From the NCBI GenBank assembly GCA_951406725.2, contig OX597826.1:70060001-70124000 (forward strand): a stretch of DNA of 64,000 nt. The letters run 5' to 3'. Every line of letters begins with the position of its first letter. Positions within the stretch are counted from its first letter, which is position 1. The notes beneath the pieces are model-generated. The model saw nothing but the letters and a program-made list of their open reading frames with translations, was not told the origin of the DNA and did no database searches. The translations under genes and the position numbers were made by a program. The DNA comes from Octopus vulgaris. Taxonomy: Eukaryota. Shown here one piece after another: positions 41,799 to 54,678 of the stretch.

Positions 41799-41848
<50 letters not shown>

Positions 41849-41967
41849 GCTCACTTACTCCATTATTCCATCTGCCTCACTCAATTATTTCACTAAATCT
41901 CACTCGTTCCATTTCACTACTTCTTTGTCTCTCTATCTCTCTCTCTCTCTCAAACTCTCTCACACAC

Positions 41968-42022
<55 letters not shown>

Positions 42023-42230
42023 TTAGCTCTCATTTAATCTCTCTCTTTCTCTAGCTCTCATTCACTTTCTCCTCCCTCTCTCTCCCTCATTTTGTTCTTT
42101 CGAAATCTCTCTTCATTTTACCTCCACCACACTATCTTCCTCTACGTCTCTCCCTCTATACTCATACATATCTTTCTGTCTCACTATCTCCCTTTTTTAT
42201 CAATCAATCATAGATAGATAGGTATTTAGG

Positions 42231-42312
<82 letters not shown>

Positions 42313-42313
42313 T

Positions 42314-42939
42314 GTTTCTTTATTAGCCACACAGGGCTGCACACAGATAGAACAAATTACAAGGTAGAGCTTTTCTTTTGGGGGTAAAAAAAAAAAAAAG
42401 GAGAGTGGTGGTTTTCGATCAAAAGGGATCGTAAAAGGAAAGAAAAAGGACAAAAAAAAGGGGAGGGGTTAAAAAAGGGGGGGAGAGAAAAAAAAATGAA
42501 TAATAGGGATCGTTATCACAGAAATGTCAATATGAAGTGAAAAGGGGGGGACAGGTGAGGTTTACCCGTGGAAAGAAAAGCCTACGGAAAAGACCACGGT
42601 AACCTCGGTCAATGAGGTCACATGTTATATTTCTTTTTTTTTTTTTTTGCAATTAAGCAACTCTCTGTATTAATTTTTATGGTTCATAGAATCATAGTCA
42701 AGGTGGCTTCGTCATTCATACGTGCCATCCTTGCTACATTCACCCATCTTTTTTTAAAACATTCACTAGACAAAACTTGCCTCTCTACTCTCACTTTCCT
42801 CTTCAAGTGATACTTGAAGAAGTTGATGAGAGATTGACCAGAGAGGAAAGTGTTTGTCTCTAATCCTTTCAGGCGCGTCCACCAGATACATTCTTTCGCC
42901 ATAGCCACAAGTATGATAAAAATAGCTCTTCCTTCCCGT

Positions 42940-42940
<1 letters not shown>
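42314..42940 (-). mobile_element. Tx1/L1-group LINE 3' fragment embedded in (GATA)n
   Basis: ORF end AKECIWWTR...FFKYHLKRKVRVER...FKKRW, then a pyrimidine-rich 3' UTR ending aataaagaaac; (GATA)n on both sides. Confidence 0.7.
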
Positions 42941-43018
<78 letters not shown>

Positions 43019-43084
43019 GTAGGTAGGTAGGTAGGTAGGTAGGTAGGTAGGTAGGTAGGTAGGTAGGTAGGTAGATAGATATGT

Positions 43085-43276
<192 letters not shown>

Positions 43277-43810
43277 TTCTTCATATCTTAAATCTATGCA
43301 ATGAAATTAGATTCCTACCTTGTTGTATTATCCAGCCTCCAGCCTTAGTTTAAAGACTGAAGACTTTCTTGTGAGAATTCACTAAATACTCTGGAGCTGG
43401 GTGTATATAATCTACATACTAATTACTGAATGAATATTCAAAGATTACATCTACTTTCGTATATACACGCATACACAAACTTAGTAATGGACATATACAC
43501 TCTCTCACGTATACTCACAGTGATAGCCATATACTTACACGCACACACAGACATACACACAGACATACACACAGACATACACACACAGACAGACACATGC
43601 ATATACACACACGTACACAAGCGCGTATACAGGCATGCATATATGCGTATATGTATATACAGGTGTATATATATATATATATACACACATATACATACAC
43701 ATATATGCATTTATTACATGCATGTGCATATACATGCACACACCTGCATACAGGTATGTATATACGCGTAAGTATACACATATATATGTATACATGTGAG
43801 TGTGTGTGTG

Positions 43811-43845
<35 letters not shown>

Positions 43846-43855
43846 TTGTGTGTAC

Positions 43856-43893
<38 letters not shown>

Positions 43894-44799
43894 GCACGCG
43901 TACGCGCACATACACACACAAATATATTTGTATGCATGCACACACACATACACACACACACACATAAACCTATATTCAAACATATATGTCTGCTCTTATT
44001 CGTATTATATTTGTGTGTGTGTGTATGTATTCATATTTACATATTCATGTGTGTATGTGAGTGAGAGAGAGAGAGAGAGAACGTGTGTGTATGCATGTGA
44101 GAATGTGTGTGTGTGTGTGCGTGTGTGCGTGAGTGTGCTTTATTAATCCGACGGTATTCATCATATTCTATTTATCGCTGTTTAAAGCTGATCGTTCCGC
44201 TGAGAGGTAATCGGACAATTCTTTGTTGACTAGACAACACTGAAGTAATATTTTAAATTATCTATGCATATATTCAGCTATGTAATTATCTATGTATATA
44301 TTCAACTATGTAATTATCTGTGCAACTGTGTATATAATTATATATGCCCACACATACATAGATACATAATTTATATACGTATGCATTTTGTACGTTATAT
44401 TGTGTCGGTGGATGATAAGTGTTCGGTCGGTGTGTGCGTGTTGTTTTATAATAACCTTCGGTCATCTCTATGTAACCGTTGTTGAAATTCGCGTTGATGC
44501 TATCGTTGTTGTTGTTGTCGGTTAACCATATAGGTTAGCCCTGGTTGTAATTGTAGCTTGAAACCAAGTTGGTTCTGATATAATGGACCTTTGATCAAAA
44601 GCTCTACAGCTCTGACCATCCCATTTTCTTTTTCTCTTTTCCTTTCCTTTTTCTATTTCGGCTGCCGACATGTACTTCGGACTACAGTTTCATATGTATT
44701 ATTCTTTAATGGACGATTGAAAGAGATTTCGTTGCTATTTTTAGGTGGTCGAACGGCTAGTTACATAATTGTGAATTAAGCTTCTTAAGATGCGAATGA

Positions 44800-45120
44800 G
44801 TATGGCTCGGTGATTAGAGCGTCAGGTTTGCAACCATGAAGTTGTGAGTTCGATACCTCGGCCGGGCTATGTGCTGTGTTCTTGAGCAAGATATTTTATC
44901 TCAAGTTACTCTAGTTCACTCAGCTGTAGAAATGAATTGTGATGTCACTTGTACCAAGCTGCATAGGCCTTTTCCTTCCTCTTGTGCAGCATCGGTAGCA
45001 TGGGAAGGTGACGCTAGTATGCATGGGTCACACTAGTATGCTGGTCTTCTACAGAGTTGTGCCTTGAAGGGTAATTTTCTAGGGAGACTTTACCATTTTC
45101 TATGGGGTCTTTACTATTTA
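44800..45120 (+). mobile_element. tRNA-derived SINE, family E, degenerate
   Basis: A box tggctcggtgattagagc, B box gagttcgatacc; body homologous to 59715-59930. Confidence 0.7.
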
Positions 45121-45412
45121 CCCATGCTTTTTAAGCATATCAAATATGCTATCATGTATATTTGGTAGTGAATATAAAGAATTCAATTTACTGAGATTAT
45201 CCATGCAATTAGCTGCAAAATTCTCTCTAGGGGTGTCTAAAAACCTAAAAAGAAAATTTGGGGTCAATCTTCTTTATTTTCCAGTGTAAGAAGAAAATAA
45301 GAAAATGTATGCATATTTGATTGGGATTTCGCAGCAAATTATAAAAAATCTGTAATATTAATATTAGTTTTAACTCAAGCTTCTAAGACCTACTGTTATG
45401 CATAAATATCTA

Positions 45413-45486
<74 letters not shown>

Positions 45487-45737
45487 GTATGTATGTATGT
45501 ATGTATGGATGTATGTATGTATGTATATGTATATGTGTGTATTAGAATATTAGAATATTGACCAGACTTAAATAAATACTACGATCAGTGTGAAAATTAA
45601 AACTTTAAATTCAAAAAAAAAAATAATAGTAATTCTATGTTTCAATTTTAGAAAATCTCGTATATTTTTACCATTCCACTAGCAAAGTGAATTTGCAAAG
45701 CATGCGTTAACCTGTTAACTTGTTGCCTATTTTTCTT

Positions 45738-45874
<137 letters not shown>

Positions 45875-45899
45875 CATTATTATTATTATTATTGATTGA

Positions 45900-46216
45900 A
45901 TCAAATTCGATGGCTGGCACCCGTGCCAGTGGAGCGCTAATTGCTCTATCCAAGCGGGATCACTGCCAGTGCTGCTGGACTGACTCCTGTGCAGGTGGCA
46001 CGTAAAAAAACACCATTTTCCGAGCGTGGCAGTTGCCAGTACCGCCAGACTGGCCCTCGTGCTGGTGGCACGTAAAAGCACCCACTACACTCTCGGAGGA
46101 GTGGTTGGCGTTAGGAAGGGCATCCAGCTGTAGAAACTCTGCCAGATCAAGACTGGAGCCTGGTGCAGCAGCCATCTGGTTCGCCAGTCCGCAATCAAAT
46201 CGTCCAACCCGTGCTA
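45900..46216 (+). mobile_element. SINE-like retroposon, family F, with internal repeats and (ATG)n tail
   Basis: ggtggcacgtaaaa occurs twice about 70 bp apart; ggttggcgttaggaagggcatccagctgtagaaac; lies between (TTA)n and (ATG)n; single copy in this window. Confidence 0.6.
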
Positions 46217-46236
46217 GCGTGGAAAGCGGACGTTAA

Positions 46237-46302
<66 letters not shown>

Positions 46303-46305
46303 AAA

Positions 46306-46347
<42 letters not shown>

Positions 46348-46365
46348 ATAATGATGATGATTATA

Positions 46366-46416
<51 letters not shown>

Positions 46417-46478
46417 ATAATGATGATGATGATGATGATGATGATGATAATGATGATGATGATGATGATGATGATGAT
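46217..46478. repeat. (ATG)n microsatellite
   Basis: Direct inspection. Confidence 0.95.
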
Positions 46479-46656
46479 AAATTGTTACAGAGCTTTTCTA
46501 ACATAATCAGGTATTGCTAAAATTACTGATACAAATGGTAAGTTTATATAATCTATGTGAAGAAACTGTAACTTTCGAAGCAGTTCTCGTCCAAAAATAC
46601 TCACTTTCACACAGCTTTTCAAAGAAATATTCACACCCACAGGGTATATGTGTATA

Positions 46657-47069
46657 TACCCTTTTACTCTTTTACTCTTTTACTTGTTTCAGTCATTTGA
46701 CTGCGGCCATGCTGGAGCACCGCCTTTAGTCGAGCAAATCGACCCCGGGACTTATTCTTTTGTAAGCCCAGTACTTATTCTATTGGTCTCTTTTGCCGAT
46801 CCGCTAAGTGACGGGGACGTAAACACACCAGCATCGGTTGTCAAGCAATACTAGGGAGACAAACACAGACACACAAACACACACATATATATATACATAC
46901 ATATATACGACAGGCTTCTTTCAGTTTCCGTCTACCAAATCCACTCACAAGGCATTGGTCGGCCCGGGGCTATAGCAGAAGACACTTGCCCAAGATGCCA
47001 CGCAGTGGGACCGAACCCGGAACCATGTGGTTGGTTAGCAAGCTACTTACCACACAGCCACTCCTGCGC
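46657..47069 (-). mobile_element. SINE family A, full length
   Basis: Closely similar to 11456-11914. Confidence 0.9.
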
Positions 47070-47414
47070 ATGTGTTTTTTTTATTTTTGTTTTGTCTTTG
47101 TTTTGTTTTTGTTTTTTTTTTTGTTTTTCGAGATTCATTTAAGCATATTTTTTTCTTTCTTTTTTGCCTTTGCAGATTTCAAACCGGTCCACAAACAAAA
47201 TAAATTGATACGGTTTCTTTATTTGAGTTTCTGAGAATTTCCGGGTTTCATGAATATAGGAAAGGTAGTTAACGTGTGCATAGATGTGGGTGGATGTTTA
47301 CATATATGAGACGGTGCGTAGATATTTGTGCACGTGTGAATGTCCTTGCACTCATTAGATGGGTGTATATGTCTCTTTTCCATAAAAGTGTGTGCTCATG
47401 TGAGTTAACATGTA

Positions 47415-47500
47415 CGTATGTATGTATGTATGTATGTATGTATGTATGTATGTATGTATGTATATATGTATGTATGTATGTATGTATATATGTTTGTATG

Positions 47501-47534
<34 letters not shown>

Positions 47535-47568
47535 TGTGTGTATGTATGTATGTATATATGTTTGTATG

Positions 47569-47601
<33 letters not shown>

Positions 47602-47899
47602 GTGTATGTATCTATGTATCTATGTATGTATGTATCTATGTATGTATGCATGCATGCATGTATGTATGTATGTATGTATGCATGTATGTCTGTATATATG
47701 TATGTATGTATGTATGTATTATGGATGTATGTATGTATGCATGCATGTATGTATGTATGTAGGTATATATGTATATATGTATATATCTATGTATGTATGT
47801 GTGTATGTATGTATGTATGTATGTATGTATATATGTATGTATGTATGTATGTATATATGTATTTATGTATGTATGTATGTATGTATGCATGTATGTCTG

Positions 47900-47932
<33 letters not shown>

Positions 47933-48015
47933 TTGTATGTATATTTGTATGTATGTAAGTATGTATGTATGTATGTATGTATGTATGTATGTATGTATGC
48001 ATGTATGTATGTATA
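47415..48015. repeat. (ATGT)n degenerate microsatellite of about 600 bp
   Basis: Direct inspection. Confidence 0.95.
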
Positions 48016-48257
48016 TAAAAGCATGAAGTCAGGGGATATGAGAACGGAATATATATATATTTATTTACCCACGTGACTTCCATAGGCTTACAGCTGTTTC
48101 ACAACTTTTTTCATGTAGTATCAATTTCAGAATGAAAGAAATTATGCATAACATGTTTACATTGCTATGTACGTTCAGCATTTTACAATGCAATTGCATA
48201 TTCAGAAATTAATGCAAATGTATGTGTGTTCTTCTCTTTCTCTTTTTAATTTAAATA

Positions 48258-48647
48258 CTAGCAGTATCGCCCGGCGTTGCTCGGATTTGTTTCGACCCTT
48301 TAGAATTGGAATTTTTGAAAAGTAAAAATTTTGCATTATATAGCTTGTTATTCACTTTAAATGAACATTTTTCTGGTTGAAATATACCGAAAAATGGCGA
48401 CATAGAAGTCAAAAAATCGTAAAAAATAGGGATTTTCATAGAAAAAAAGCACCTTTTTGATGTAAATAATTTTTGGTGTTAACATGGTCCGATTTGAATT
48501 TTTTCTTCTACGGAATGAAGAGCAAGCCTTCTTCTATTATACTCTCAATTTTGGTCAGCTTGCGCCGCAGGATCTCGGAGGAGATAGTGTTAGTTGAAGG
48601 CTACCAAACCTGCCATACACAGACAACTTCAGCTTTATATATATAGA
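48258..48647 (-). mobile_element. Non-autonomous Helitron
   Basis: TC start, hairpin plus CTAG end on the minus strand; A|T insertion site. Confidence 0.85.
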
Positions 48648-48719
48648 TAAATTTTGACCGATCACATACTTGGTAGCAAGGTTAGGAAACAAAGCATTTT
48701 GTTTTAACCACCATCCTTT

Positions 48720-48930
48720 AAATCTTGAGATAGTCTTGCAGATTTTTATAGTTCCAAATATTGTGATCATTCAAAGTATATCCTACAAATGACCTGCGTT
48801 CTCTCTCCAAGGTTCCAAGTTCAGCCATGTTTTGTTCCAGACTGGTCGGTATGTTTACTGTTGCTCCTGTAATGATAGGTACTTTCGTCTGTCAACTATG
48901 CTTTAAATCATGCAGATTTGCAACGGGACT
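48720..48930 (-). mobile_element. Degenerate RLE-type LINE C-terminus
   Basis: VPIITGAT...MAELG...ITIFGTIKICKT, compare GTVKICKT near 23915. Confidence 0.6.
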
Positions 48931-49177
48931 GGATAGTCGTCTGAGATGTCATGGATGGAAACTCAGAAAATGCTACTGATAACGAAGAAGCACAAAGAGA
49001 CAGCACTTATCTGTGAGGATGGAGCGATCACCATTTCTGTGTAAGCCGTGTATGCATATGCAACGACGTATATACGTTCAGTGCAAGAAATTATAATGGA
49101 CAATCTGTGGAATATTCTGATAACAAATACAAGAGATAACCTTAAGTAAAAATACAAATGCTGTAGGTTCTACCCTA

Positions 49178-49355
49178 GGAGTGTAGGAGTGGCTGTGTGG
49201 TAAATAGCTTGCTTACCAAGCACATGGTTGTGGGTTCAGTGCCATTGCGTGGCATCTTGGGCAAGTGTCTTCTACTATAGCCTCGGGCCGACCAAAGCCT
49301 TGTGAGTGGAGTTGGTAGGCGGAAACTGAAAGAAGCCTGTCGCATATATGTATAC

Positions 49356-49434
<79 letters not shown>

Positions 49435-49618
49435 TGTGTGTATGTTTGTGTGTCTGATGTTGGTGTGTTTACATCCCAGTAACTTAGCGGTTCGGCAAAA
49501 GTGACTGATAGAATAAAGTACTAGGCTTACAAAGAATAAGTCTCGGGGTCGATTTGCTCGACTAAAGGCGGTGCTCCAGCATGGCCACAGTCAAATGACA
49601 AACAAGTAAAAGAGTAAA
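49178..49618 (+). mobile_element. SINE family A, full length
   Basis: A box tggctgtgtggtaa, B-box-like gggttcagtgcc, internal (TA)n(TG)n, tail aagtaaaagagtaaa. Confidence 0.9.
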
Positions 49619-49832
49619 GCGTCTAGTTCATCATACATGTTCTCATTGTACGGAATCTAAATCAAGACATTGGCACCTATTCCCGTATGTTATTTATTTT
49701 AATAATTACTGGTATCTAAACTACGCATGACTTTTATTCTTTGTCCCATAAAACAGTATCAGGTTTGTCTGTTATGTTTGTACTGGAGCATTGTTCTTAT
49801 TGGAATGTTCCTCCAGTATTCTTTATTTTTAA

Positions 49833-50208
49833 AGTTAGTTAGTTAGTCAATTTGGCTCAAAAAGCAAAAAGCAAGGCCATGTAGAGGGACATGGAGTTAA
49901 GTACAGGGTGGTGTTCATGTAAAGAGTTCAGGCCACTTGAGGTCCAGGGAGGCTTTGAACAAAGCGGTCGTCGGCATCTTCACCATCTCGTCTGGCAGCT
50001 TATTCCACGGATCCGCAACCCGGACGGAGAAAGCTCCTCTCCTTCGATTGAGATGAAATCGTCGCAGGTAGAGCTTTTCGGAATGACCCCGCAACCGACG
50101 CTCTGGAGCAGGACTGAAGAACAGCTCTTTCGAGAGGTTACACTTTCCGCTTATGATGTTGTGGACGAGAATGAGATCACCACGGCGGTGGCGTTTTTGA
50201 AGAGAACG
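49833..50208 (-). mobile_element. CR1-type LINE 3' fragment
   Basis: Minus strand: SLQKRHRRGDLILVHNIISG...RLRGHSEKL...FSVRVADPWNKLP...FKASLD, stop, short UTR, (TAAC)n tail. Confidence 0.9.
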
Positions 50209-50384
50209 TGAATACTTTCTGGGTTAGGTCTGCTCTTTAATATCACTCATGACAGTTCTTCCTATTGATAATATTGTATATTTTATAGACATATCTATCT
50301 ATCTATCTATCTATATATTTATATGTATGTGTGGGGAGTAGTGTGCGTGTGTGCGTACCCACTATTTGATTAGACTTCATTATT

Positions 50385-50423
<39 letters not shown>

Positions 50424-50647
50424 AATTCCGATCCCCACATTTTCACCCCTACACATACACACACGCACACGTCAAGATCACCAGCCCTCTTTCACACGCA
50501 CATACGTACTCTCTTACACACACGCGCACCTTCTTTTGGGATCACTACTACTTTGTTATCTCCTTGTGACCCTTCTGCCCGGTAGTCGCCATGATAGATC
50601 GGTAGCCACTACAAATATTTTTTCTCTCCTTGTTTCTTTCTGCGTTC

Positions 50648-50683
50648 CTTTCTGTAGAAGAGCGTAGGTTCGAAATGTTAAAG
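50648..50683 (+). ncRNA. Variant hammerhead-like motif in a probable PLE terminal repeat (about 50420-50782)
   Basis: cttt-CTGTAGA-a-gagc-gtag-gttc-GAAA-tgtt-aaag; core position 6 is non-canonical; related degenerate copy at 31060-31096 (-). Confidence 0.45.
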
Positions 50684-50798
50684 ACTTTTTCAATTCCCGA
50701 GCGTTATACTAATACATCTGTTTGTTTTCTACACCACCTCTCTTCGTCTTTTGTTTCTTTTTTTTTCGTAAATTCTCCCTACACACACACACACACAC

Positions 50799-50851
<53 letters not shown>

Positions 50852-50889
50852 AATGATGAAGTCAAACCAGATAGTGATATTCTGAAATT

Positions 50890-50966
50890 TTTTAATACAT
50901 ATGTTTCGGGTTTACATAATACGTAATACGAATTTCAGCCATTACGTAAATCTTCTTCAGTCGAAA
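50890..50966 (-). ncRNA. Type I hammerhead ribozyme-like motif
   Basis: Minus strand tttcga-CTGAAGA-a-gatttacgtaat...attatgtaaacc-c-GAAA-c-atat-GTA-ttaaaa: canonical core, long stem II, palindromic acatatgt stem III, GUA site. Confidence 0.7.
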
Positions 50967-51058
50967 CATTTCAAAATATCGTAACACGAAACACACACAC
51001 ACACACATATATATATATACATATATATATGAGGGTATGTGTGAGCATACATACATAC

Positions 51059-51091
<33 letters not shown>

Positions 51092-51413
51092 TGTATGTAT
51101 GTATGTATGTATGTATATGTGAATGTGTGTGTGTGTGTATGCATGTATATATATTATCGATTCATACTTGCATATGTTCGCGTGCGTGTGTGTAATTTAT
51201 TTCGTTGAATGCAGAGGACATGAAAAACCTCTTTGCGTGCAGTTCTTCTTGATGAGCCAAAATTGGGAATCACCGACCGAAATACTCAAACACTAGCCTA
51301 AGGTCTTCCCATGCCTGTTTTTTTTTTTTATTCCAGGCAGATAACATTAAGAGAATAGACAGGCCATTTATATAGATTTTCTCTTGTGCTTGCTGGTATA
51401 CTGGCAATATGAT

Positions 51414-52095
51414 TGATCAGCTGAAATACTTGAGGGCTTTTTTTAAGGATTTCCAGAGCCTTTCATTGCTTTTGCTTGGCCCCAAAGGATCCTTTATTTT
51501 ATTTTATCTATTTATATTTTTTTTCAGACTGTCATTTCTGGCATTAAAATTGGTTTACGAGCATTCCGGTCGTTTTTTTACGTCAAGTTATTCCATAGCA
51601 ATTTTCTGTTCCTGGATTGCTTTTGCAATAGCTTCTCACTGCGATTCACTTATGAATCGCTAACTCCATTCCTATATACCATAAAAATACTGCGACTATT
51701 TCTAACTGTCACTTGGGGCCATGAATATCCCTCAATACATCATAAATACAGCTATAAATGTAAGTGATCAGCTGAAATACTTAAGGGCTCTTTTAAGGAC
51801 TTCCAGAGCTTTTCATTGCTTTTGCTCGGCCCCAAAGAATCCTTTATTTCATTTTATTTTATTTTATTTCAGTGACTCATTTCTAGCATTAAAGTATAGT
51901 TTACGGGCATTCTGGTCATTTTTATTCGTGGAGTTATTTCATTGCAATTTCCTGTTCTGGGAATGTAAAAGCATATAGCTTCTCACCACGATTCACTAAT
52001 AAATACAACTACAACCTCACTAACTCCATTCCTATATGCCATAAAAATACTCTAACTGTCACTTTGTGTCGTGAATATCTCTGAATACAACATAA
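51414..52095. repeat. Two-copy tandem duplication, period 351 bp
   Basis: tgatcagctgaaatactt at 51414 and 51765, with continuous diverged homology downstream. Confidence 0.88.
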
Positions 52096-52819
52096 GGTCG
52101 TCGATAAAAAATGTATAGGTGACATTAGCTTTTTCTCTCTCCTAAGATGTAACCTTGTCATTTTCCTAAACAAGGCTGGCAGGTTGTTCACAAGCCAGGA
52201 CGAACAGCAGTATAGATAAGCTGTCAGCCTGGAATATTTCTGTCGATAATCTGATTCTGTTTGTGACTTTTGTGACTATTCTAGTAGCTTTGTTTCTTAG
52301 TGAATGGATCATGTTGAAAAGAGAAAATTCGTGGTTTCGAGTTTCAGAGCGGAAAACTTGGCAAGGCGCACACACATTCACAAACACGACTGATAAGCTG
52401 AGAGAAACGCTTTTTTATAGTCTAACCATACTGCCAGGACTTCCGGCGATAACTCTGACCTTCTTTAGGGACTGCTTAACATGCATGTATGTATTATGTA
52501 TGTATATATGTCATTATTCAATTTTATTTCAAGCTTTATTGCCAACAGAAAAGAGCCGGTTTCTAACCTAGATCCAAAGCTCCTTCAATGGAATTTCAAC
52601 AAAATCAACAGGGTATTTTTGTGTGTATGTATGTATGTATACGTGCAGATTTGTATGTTTTGTTTTATGTATATCTTCTCATGCATATACTCGTATAAAC
52701 TTGCATATACTTACATACATATACATACTTACATATACTTGTATATACTTGCATATACTTACATACATATCTACATACATACATACGTACGTACGTTCGT
52801 ACATCCATACACATTCATT

Positions 52820-54150
52820 CCTGCACTTCTGTTCATTGTGGCCTTGGATTAAATCGCAACATTAAACAACAGAAGAAACAGGTTTTGAAATCGCTCTTCC
52901 TCTCCAAAAAAGCAGACGACATTCTACAACTATTATTACCGATACAGAATATGCAGACGATCTAGCTCTTACTACTAACCTTATCAAGGAAGTTCGACTA
53001 TTTCTAGAGGTTGAATAAGCCACAAAACAAGAGCGGACTACACGGCAGTGACGATAAGGCCGAGTTTATGGTTTTCAATCAACCAAGAGAACACATTATA
53101 TCATCAAACGGTGCAAACTTGAAGTGTGTAAAGGACTTCAAATATCATGGGATCATGGACTGAAAGCGTAAAGAGAGTCAGAGAAGTAAGAGCTGCATGG
53201 GTATGATCGGCAATAAGTAAGATATTTGTAATATTGGAGTCAGATTTATCTAATGACATCGAAATAGTGTTTGGTAGAAAAGGTATAGATATATGGAACT
53301 TCATGATGGATATTTATGAAAGAAATAGAGAGCAGGACTAAATAAAACGTATCTTAAAATGTTGAAGAAAGTAAAGAACGTTTCTTGGGAGCAACATTTG
53401 AGAAAACTGTATTCTATAGAAATACCGTAAATCCTCGAGTATAATCCGCATTTTTCACCAAAATTTAAAGGTCAAAATCCCTGGTGCGTATTATACACGA
53501 GGTTAAAAAAGAAACATATTTTCTAAGCAATGTCCGAGTCTCTATTTGTTGTCCGGCAATGTTTATTCAGACACATTTTGTGATGTCGGATGTGAAAATA
53601 CCTTAAGCTAAGCCTGAAAGCAATGAAGTCATAAAAGAATCATCCATAACTTGCAGTAAGCAACATTTATTAAACGTTATTACTGTTATTTCTTTATTTT
53701 CTGCAAACAAAATACACAAAAAAGCTACACGTTTCCATTATGTTATATATACAATAATAATAAAGGACGTTACCGTATACATTTTTACAAACCAAGGACG
53801 TTATATAGACCTCCTTGACTCAAGTTAGAGAAGGGGTGCGTACTATACACAAGGTTTAGGTTCTACAGAGGTACAGCCCCCTAAAAATCCCCAGCGTATT
53901 ATACTCAAGGGCGGACTATACTCTAGGATTTACGGTATACCATTATTAACGGAAACCATCAAATGATGTGGAGTTAAGTTTGTGGGATGCAGTCGGTGAA
54001 GAAAAGATTAAGGTACATACAAAGTATTACGATGGGAATCAGTACTTGTCGAATATATGCGCAAAAACTGGTGGGGGATAGACGCCTTGAAAAAAACTAA
54101 ATTTTAGAGATATCGAAAGACGGAGAAGCATGGGAATGTGTACAAATAGA
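52820..54150 (+). mobile_element. Degenerate RTE-group LINE RT fragment interrupted by a MITE
   Basis: LLFIVALD, GFEI...KSRRH...ITDTEYADDLAL, VKDFKY; LYRNIPLLTETIK is restored when the MITE and one TA are removed. Confidence 0.8.
53425..53935. mobile_element. Tc1/mariner-superfamily (pogo/Tc2-like) MITE
   Basis: TIRs ccgtaaatcctcgagtataatccgc / gcggactatactctaggatttacgg; TA duplicated at 53423-53424 and 53936-53937. Confidence 0.9.
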
Positions 54151-54228
54151 GTAGCATGTGTATGTGTATGTGTGTGTGTGTGTGTGTGTACAGATTTCTG
54201 TATGAATCGACGGATGTACTGGATGCTC

Positions 54229-54263
<35 letters not shown>

Positions 54264-54312
54264 TGTACATATGAACGTTTGTATAAATGTATGCATGTTC
54301 GTAGTGTATAGG

Positions 54313-54448
<136 letters not shown>

Positions 54449-54581
54449 TAAATTTTCTATTTGGTCATATATATATTTATGCGCGAGTACAAATCTACGT
54501 CTGTATGTATATATGTATGTATGCATACATGCCTATATGCATGTATGGATGGATGAATGCATGCATGCATGCACATATGAA

Positions 54582-54614
<33 letters not shown>

Positions 54615-54678
54615 TGATAAAACGGTAAGATAACAAAAGAAAGAAAGAGACCTCAATATTATGTAAATAGAGGAAATT

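Noticed and set aside
47276-48076. 266-aa MYVC-repeat ORF and similar YI/CV/HT ORFs throughout
   Set aside because: Microsatellite read-through
49891-50211. 106-aa + strand ORF
   Set aside because: Antisense shadow of the CR1-type fragment on the minus strand
51248-51285. ttgatgagccaaaattgggaatc hammerhead-like word
   Set aside because: C3 and the GAAA box are missing and there is no stem I
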